From a virus (taxonomy: Duplodnaviria; Heunggongvirae; Uroviricota; Caudoviricetes), in the IMG/VR virus record IMGVR_UViG_3300029288_003766, positions 1-25,786 of that record: a DNA stretch of 25,786 nucleotides; one strand, 5' to 3'. The translations under genes and the position numbers were made by a program. This document shows positions 20,633 through 25,786 of this stretch, in pieces (position 1 is the first letter of the stretch; every line of letters begins with the position of its first letter). The notes below the pieces were generated by a model. That model saw nothing but the letters and a program-made list of their open reading frames with translations, did no database searches and was not told where the DNA came from.

Positions 20633-20767
20633 CTTTTTGGTGTGGGGGTTATTTTATCTGCCACATCCACATTATCAGTCGTAATACTCCTATGGCAAAA
20701 GCGAACTCAATAATAAGTAGGACTAAAAGAGATAAAAGCGGGTATCTGTCCATAATTTTATTTTCGC

Positions 20768-21193
20768 TCATCTCACCAACCCTCCTTTTTCCTTGTCGTA
20801 GTGGTAGGCGTTCTCAAGCAGATATAAAACCATCTTACCGAGGGCTTCACAGAGGCTCTCTTCATTTTCTTCATTGGCAGTAAGTCTTGTCCAAGCACTA
20901 TTTATTTCAAGCATATCTGTGCTGTCGTACCAAACTGCATACCATTTATCGTTCTTGCCAATAGATAATCTACAAGTATGCCCTTGATATTCTATTTCTT
21001 CAGGCATCACCTCGAGCAGTTCATCGGTGGATGGGGCGGGATACTTCTCTGCTTCTTCAAATAAAGCCCATCCCAATCTATTATAGACACCCCAACCCTT
21101 GTCAATGGTTTTAAACCACCACTTCTCCGTATCCAACTTAAGTCCCAAATCCCAAAGCCGTTTTGATAATTCAAGTGAGGTTGTGTGGGTCAT
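20768..21193 (-). CDS. Phage hypothetical protein (paralog of 18893-19339)
   Basis: TSLELSKRLWDLGL...EKWW...YPAPSTDELLE. Confidence 0.7.
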   Translation of the reverse strand: MTHTTSLELSKRLWDLGLKLDTEKWWFKTIDKGWGVYNRLGWALFEEAEKYPAPSTDELLEVMPEEIEYQGHTCRLSIGKNDKWYAVWYDSTDMLEINSAWTRLTANEENEESLCEALGKMVLYLLENAYHYDKEKGGLVR

Positions 21194-21435
21194 TTGGCCT
21201 CCCCCATTATTTCTCTTGATCTTTCATTCCACAAATTTACGTTCGGAGGATTGTCAATACCAAAAGTCCAATTAGGTTTTATCTCCGCCCAGGACCAATC
21301 TTCCTTTCCATCAACCTTCAAAGTAAACATAGGTTTTTCAGTTGGCATTTCTGGGTGCTTTAAATCCAAGAGCAACTTTTCAATCTGTGAAGCTATAAAC
21401 TGTTTTTCTTTCACACTGAACATAGCCGCCTCCAT
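21190..21435 (-). CDS. Hypothetical protein
   Basis: 81-aa ORF; stop overlaps the next start (ATGA). Confidence 0.65.
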   Translation of the reverse strand: MEAAMFSVKEKQFIASQIEKLLLDLKHPEMPTEKPMFTLKVDGKEDWSWAEIKPNWTFGIDNPPNVNLWNERSREIMGEAK

Positions 21436-21437
21436 TT

Positions 21438-21737
21438 TTAGACATCTATTTCAAAATATTCTTTGAGTTCTTTTACTAATTCCTCTTGATTATTGCTTCT
21501 TTCAAGGATATCCACAACATCATCTTGAGTAGTCTCCCTGTCGAGCATACGCTCCTCAATGGCCGAAATGATGGTTGCAGCATAATAATTGGTTTTAGAT
21601 AACCCCGTAAAATGGCAATAAACCTTTGAAGCCTGTTCCATAAGAAAAGCATAGTCGGATAACTCACGGAATATTTGCGCTATATTAGGCTTTCCGTTTT
21701 TATAAATAATCTCCTTCCAGTCTTTTTTAGTCAACAC
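21438..21737 (-). CDS. Hypothetical protein
   Basis: GGAGGT RBS, 99 aa. Confidence 0.65.
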   Translation of the reverse strand: MLTKKDWKEIIYKNGKPNIAQIFRELSDYAFLMEQASKVYCHFTGLSKTNYYAATIISAIEERMLDRETTQDDVVDILERSNNQEELVKELKEYFEIDV

Positions 21738-21752
21738 AAGACACCTCCCTGA

Positions 21753-21992
21753 TTACTTATCATCCATCTTCTTACGGTATTCTTTATAATAATTAGGATG
21801 TTTTTTGTGCCATTCTTTTTGATACTCGGAGTGTTGTTTCCTCCATTTGTGGCTTCTTATTTTCGATTTATTCCTGTGTTTTTCACAAAATACCTTTGTA
21901 ACTGCGTGTTCTCCGCATATTTGGCACAGGCCTAAACTGATTTTCTTCCGTTGCCATTTAAGTTGCCTGCTGATCTTTTCCTGTTTTTTCAT
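21753..21992 (-). CDS. Basic protein with a CxxC-x8-CxxH zinc-finger-like motif
   Basis: GLCQICGEHAVTKVFCEKH. Confidence 0.6.
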   Translation of the reverse strand: MKKQEKISRQLKWQRKKISLGLCQICGEHAVTKVFCEKHRNKSKIRSHKWRKQHSEYQKEWHKKHPNYYKEYRKKMDDK

Positions 21993-21995
21993 TTC

Positions 21996-22589
21996 TTAAA
22001 TGTCCCCACTCTCTTGTTGTTTGGTATCCCGTCTTACCAGTCTCTGCTCCATCTCCCACTCAAAATCAAAATCTCCATAAGGCATAGACAAGTTTATAAC
22101 ATTATGTTCAAGCCTCCTAGCGTTATGGCTGTGCAATCCTTCTCCCAGATTGATCTGTTCCCAGGTCTTACACTTTTCTTCCCACTGCTCATCGGTTATA
22201 TTATCAGGCTGATCTGTGTTATTCCAATAACTAAAATCTTCTGCAAAATCTGGAACTTTAAAATCTTTGTATTCTCCAATTGGGATTATATAGGCATGGT
22301 TCTCATAAAGCCAGACGTTTAAAGCAAAATCAACATCTACTCCGGGTGCCCGCCCGCTTTGTTTTGATATAGATTTACATAACTCAATAGCAGAACTAAA
22401 ACGGATCATAGCTTCCGGCAGATATGGTTTTTCCAGCTTTACTTTTTCAATATGTTCTTTCGTAACATCAGGCATTAGTTTTGCGATAATATTCTGCGCG
22501 GTTTCATAAACTTGCGGCCTAACAAAATCTATGAAATCATTCAGCTTATCTATTGGTACTCGCCAAGCGTAATATATCTTTGTGCTCAT
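21996..22589 (-). CDS. Hypothetical protein
   Basis: 197-aa ORF, AAGGAG RBS. Confidence 0.7.
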   Translation of the reverse strand: MSTKIYYAWRVPIDKLNDFIDFVRPQVYETAQNIIAKLMPDVTKEHIEKVKLEKPYLPEAMIRFSSAIELCKSISKQSGRAPGVDVDFALNVWLYENHAYIIPIGEYKDFKVPDFAEDFSYWNNTDQPDNITDEQWEEKCKTWEQINLGEGLHSHNARRLEHNVINLSMPYGDFDFEWEMEQRLVRRDTKQQESGDI

Positions 22590-22677
22590 TCTTATTCTCC
22601 TTATTCTTAGCGGAATGTTTCTGATATAGCTATTAAAAAAATCTAATTCTTTTTAGCGTAATTGACTAGATATTTGA

Positions 22678-22794
22678 TTATAATATCTCTTGGCTATCTA
22701 ATATGTACCCGCATTGGCCACAATACCATTTATTATCTGTAATATGATACCAAATATTATGAGTTGATTTACACACCGGGCAATAATGAGTCAT
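22678..22794 (-). CDS. 38-aa zinc-ribbon peptide (not in the ORF track)
   Basis: MTHYCPVCKSTHNIWYHITDNKWYCGQCGYILDSQEIL*; ATG overlaps the stop of the DUF4326 gene. Confidence 0.6.
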   Translation of the reverse strand: MTHYCPVCKSTHNIWYHITDNKWYCGQCGYILDSQEIL

Positions 22795-23102
22795 TTTTCC
22801 TCCAATCTATTTGCAAGATTAGCTAATATATCTCCATGGCAGGCTTTGGGCTTGCACCAGCATCCTAGGATCTTTCCCCGCAATTCGTGCAAATCTTTCT
22901 GCAGCTCAACTCCCTGATCTGAATATAATATCCAGTCTCTGTAGGCCTCAATAGCATCTTCCCGAGTAAGCACCTTTCCCTGGTAGGTCATCCCGATTTT
23001 GAACGGGTTACCCCACTTCCCTAAAATACCAGTTTGGGGGTCCTTACCCCGCCCTATATACACATCATAATTATTTCTTTTACAGTGAACCACTCTGGTC
23101 AT
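22791..23102 (-). CDS. DUF4326 family protein
   Basis: VVHCK...DVYIGR...KWGNPF...REDAIEAY...LRGKILGCWCKPKACHGDIL. Confidence 0.85.
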   Translation of the reverse strand: MTRVVHCKRNNYDVYIGRGKDPQTGILGKWGNPFKIGMTYQGKVLTREDAIEAYRDWILYSDQGVELQKDLHELRGKILGCWCKPKACHGDILANLANRLEEK

Positions 23103-23371
23103 AATCTTCCTTTTATAAATTCCTCTTTATAAAACTTTTTTAGATCCTTACGCCAATCTTCATGCGAATCATAGCAGATAGAATCTGAGGCACAGTGGGA
23201 GAATTCATATATAAGTTCCAAGGCCTTATCTTTATTCATCCCATCCTCAACAGCTATGCACAGATAATCAATGCATTCCAAGGCCATGCTTTTAATATCC
23301 TGTTTCTTCCAGATAGATTGTTTAATCTTCTTATCTTGTTCTAGAAATTCTTGGGGTGATGATTTAGCCAT
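23099..23371 (-). CDS. Hypothetical protein
   Basis: AAGGAG RBS, 90 aa. Confidence 0.65.
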   Translation of the reverse strand: MAKSSPQEFLEQDKKIKQSIWKKQDIKSMALECIDYLCIAVEDGMNKDKALELIYEFSHCASDSICYDSHEDWRKDLKKFYKEEFIKGRL

Positions 23372-23485
23372 CTTTTTCTCCTTTTACATCCTTTTAGACC
23401 CCTTTGGTGTAGTTTTCCTCGTTTTACTCCAAATCGTTGAAATTAGGCTTGGTTCTGCTCCAAATAAGGGCATTCTATGGGTGAT

Positions 23486-23517
23486 TTGGGCAGTAGGCCA
23501 ACTAGCCTACTGCCCAA
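23486..23517. repeat. Perfect 13-bp inverted repeat (hairpin)
   Basis: TTGGGCAGTAGGC-CAACTA-GCCTACTGCCCAA directly after the ParB-like gene; no U-tract on the - strand. Confidence 0.7.
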
Positions 23518-23527
23518 CCCCTAAAAA

Positions 23528-24247
23528 TTATATTCTTGTAAACCTTACCCTTTCTTCTGCAGGAGCAGCAAAGTTGTAGAACTTCTCAAACTGCTCGATG
23601 TAGTAATCTGTGTTGGGGCATCTGCGAAGCTGGCGCATGGTACATTTGTGTAGCATCCTCTTGTGATTATACCCCTTAATATTGAGGATATACAAAAATG
23701 CGTTAATAAAGGCTCTTGACTTATACCATTGAGGAAACAAGTCTTTGAAATCTCCGATCTTATTAGCTGTTTTGTAGGCATATTCAACTGACTTGACTTT
23801 GAAGGTCCCATCCTTGATATTATGCCACTGCGCACCGCTGTGGCTGCCACCAAGCAGCCTCATAGCTGCGTCAATACCCAGGCCAGTATTCTCCATAAAC
23901 TCAACCAAAACCTTGTAATCTGGGTTTCCCATAACCGCGTATGATTTTGCAAAATTTGGAGTTGTCCAGTTCCTGCGGTTTATGTTTGCTTCTTGAGCGT
24001 CCTTTAAGGTTGCTCCTTTTCTGATTATGCATGGAACTTCTTTTAACCCTATACGTAAGGCTGCTTTGGTCCTGTGTTGTCCGTCAATGATCTCATGATG
24101 TTCATTGATCTCTATTGGAAATTTAGGCAACAGATTACCCATTTTTTTCATAGAGTTTGCAATCCTACTTACATGGTTAGAATTTGTCTCTCTGTTTCCT
24201 ATGATGAACTTAAGATGTTTCGGATCAAATATTTTAATTCCGTCCAT
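23528..24247 (-). CDS. ParB/sulfiredoxin-like N-terminal domain protein
   Basis: NRETNSNHV...PIEINEHHEIIDGQHRTKAA. Confidence 0.75.
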   Translation of the reverse strand: MDGIKIFDPKHLKFIIGNRETNSNHVSRIANSMKKMGNLLPKFPIEINEHHEIIDGQHRTKAALRIGLKEVPCIIRKGATLKDAQEANINRRNWTTPNFAKSYAVMGNPDYKVLVEFMENTGLGIDAAMRLLGGSHSGAQWHNIKDGTFKVKSVEYAYKTANKIGDFKDLFPQWYKSRAFINAFLYILNIKGYNHKRMLHKCTMRQLRRCPNTDYYIEQFEKFYNFAAPAEERVRFTRI

Positions 24248-24347
24248 TTCCCCTCCTGTAGTTATTTCTTTTAATATAATATACCCATCCGTTTACTACT
24301 AATCTATCTCATTCTCACCTCCCGCAGATGTTATATTGGGATAGACA

Positions 24348-24536
24348 TTAGTCTTCCGAATAGTTACTAAATAAAGGCTCTTCTGCTACATGAGTTTCTA
24401 CTTCTGCAATAACATCCTCATTAGACCTAACTTCATATCCTCTCATCCAAAATTGTTTGAACAATACAGTTTCTTCTTTGCCTCTTACTAATTTAAGAGT
24501 AACTGATTTAACACGTCTTACTTTTTTAGTAAACAT
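24348..24536 (-). CDS. Hypothetical protein
   Basis: AAGGAG RBS, 62 aa. Confidence 0.6.
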   Translation of the reverse strand: MFTKKVRRVKSVTLKLVRGKEETVLFKQFWMRGYEVRSNEDVIAEVETHVAEEPLFSNYSED

Positions 24537-24548
24537 ATCATCTCCTTA

Positions 24549-24848
24549 TCATACATGCCCAACAGGTGCTTCATAAGGTGCTTCCCAAATTTTCTTTCTG
24601 AGTAGTATCATTGAGCTAAGACCAATAATTTGGATAAATAAACCAAGTAGTTGGATTGTTAAACCAAGAGGCCTAAATAAAATTCCGAATGGAATAATGC
24701 CTATTAGTCCTGTCATACACCATAATTTCCAATCTGTTCTCCCTCTTCTGTTTCTTACCCCTTCCACAACAATTCTAATATCAGAACCCGCAGGCTTAGG
24801 TCTTTTAGCTATCTGTTCTGGAGTAGCGGCTTTAAATATAGGTTTCAT
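24549..24848 (-). CDS. Small membrane protein
   Basis: Two hydrophobic segments, LWCMTGLIGIIPFGILF and LTIQLLGLFIQIIGLSSMILL. Confidence 0.6.
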   Translation of the reverse strand: MKPIFKAATPEQIAKRPKPAGSDIRIVVEGVRNRRGRTDWKLWCMTGLIGIIPFGILFRPLGLTIQLLGLFIQIIGLSSMILLRKKIWEAPYEAPVGHV

Positions 24849-24849
24849 C

Positions 24850-25119
24850 TTATTTCTCCCTTGGAAATATAATATTAAACTCCTTATTAGTCAAATGTGT
24901 CCAGAACATATCATTGTCTTTTAAGAACATAACTGCCGTGCAGTCCTTTTTAGGCCTACAGATTACTTCTTCCGCCGGGCAGTATCCTATGGCGTACTTT
25001 CTTAAAATATCAGCATTGGCAATTATAATAGCTTCTCTTTGGACAACTCCTAGACGTATCACACCTTCTCCTCGCCAAGTTAACCAATCAAATGATGTTC
25101 CGTGCATTTTTTCTAACAT
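24850..25119 (-). CDS. Hypothetical protein
   Basis: 89-aa ORF overlapping the radical SAM stop. Confidence 0.55.
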   Translation of the reverse strand: MLEKMHGTSFDWLTWRGEGVIRLGVVQREAIIIANADILRKYAIGYCPAEEVICRPKKDCTAVMFLKDNDMFWTHLTNKEFNIIFPREK

Positions 25120-25786
25120 AATAATCTACCCTGTTATTGTAATCGCAGCAAACGTCTAGGCAATTAGTCTTACAGATATTATCATTGTGAGAATTGTGGT
25201 TCTTGAACCATTCAATCCTTCGTTCTCTGAAGTCTGCACCCATTTTGCTTATAGGATTACCTGCTTCTCGTAAATAAATAATGCAAGGATATTGATATGG
25301 TCCTGATATAGCAGTATCATCAAGGATCAACCAACATTTCTTACAGTCTGTTTTCTGTATTCCTCTGAAATTCCTACCCTTCTTTAGATTCTGTATGCGA
25401 TAGTTTAAGATAGGATATTTATTTACTAAATTATCAGGAAGATCAGATAACTTATTTAAGGCCTTATTGTATTGGGCAGAAGGGATTATCCTTATGTCTG
25501 ATACTCCTAAACTATCAATAAATTTAATAGTCTGAGAGGCTTCATTATAATTAATCTCGTTAAAAACGATGCCGATAGTTACATAACATTTTTTGGAAAT
25601 AAACTTTATATTATCAACAACAGTATTCCATGAGTTCTTTACCCCGCCGGTCATCTTATCACCTATGGAGCAACATCCACTATCAAGTGATATGCTGAAA
25701 TCATTTACTCCGGCGTTTAGCAGATCCAGGTAAAACTTTTTCTTGGCCGATCCGTTTGTTGAAATGGCAATTCTTTTAACACCTGA
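25088..25786 (-). CDS. Radical SAM protein (5' end outside the window)
   Basis: Frame is open to the window edge: RIAISTNGS...DFSISLDSGCC, then C-terminal CKKC...YPCIIY...CKTNCLDVC. Confidence 0.75.
   Translation of the reverse strand, partial: SGVKRIAISTNGSAKKKFYLDLLNAGVNDFSISLDSGCCSIGDKMTGGVKNSWNTVVDNIKFISKKCYVTIGIVFNEINYNEASQTIKFIDSLGVSDIRIIPSAQYNKALNKLSDLPDNLVNKYPILNYRIQNLKKGRNFRGIQKTDCKKCWLILDDTAISGPYQYPCIIYLREAGNPISKMGADFRERRIEWFKNHNSHNDNICKTNCLDVCCDYNNRVDYYVRKNARNII

Noticed and set aside
18114-25159. Plus-strand ORFs in the right-hand block
   Set aside because: Antisense to an RBS-supported, tightly packed minus-strand gene run; low-information translations.
1-25786. Stop-codon reassignment
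   Set aside because: No CTA, TTA or TCA suppressor tRNA found; conserved proteins are full length under code 11 with TAA, TAG and TGA all used as stops.
1-25786. CRISPR array, rRNA or IS element
   Set aside because: No regularly spaced direct repeats, rRNA signatures or transposase seen.

Overview
This window most likely comes from a large (jumbo-type) bacteriophage, or possibly a related large mobile element, using the standard genetic code. It has three blocks. (1) 1-4686, + strand: an AT-rich sugar-nucleotide/modification cluster with a radical SAM/SPASM protein, a methyltransferase, a UDP-GlcNAc 2-epimerase, a 4,6-dehydratase and an RmlD-like reductase. (2) ~4700-18070, + strand: a 13-kb RNA-centred locus behind sigma70-type promoters. 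It holds 38 hand-folded tRNA genes covering all 20 amino acids, grouped by amino acid, plus an RNase P RNA and a tmRNA. At least six non-canonical tRNA-like RNAs and several other structured ncRNA candidates are present. These are interleaved with an ATP-dependent RNA ligase, a CCA-adding enzyme, a GGQ peptidyl-tRNA hydrolase, two metallophosphoesterases and four free-standing endonucleases. (3) 18078-25786, - strand: convergent small phage-type ORFs (DUF4326, ParB-like, zinc fingers, partial radical SAM). The main novelty is in block 2: a circularly permuted tRNA mimic, a G3-U70 tRNA mimic with a 60-nt D-loop insertion, and a tRNA body with a ~115-nt insert in the anticodon arm. There are also systematic tRNA deviations (C33, A8/C8, V-arm-less tRNA-Leu) and two RNA-repair genes whose stop codon is tRNA positions 8-10. 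All RNA structures were folded by eye; no database search was run.
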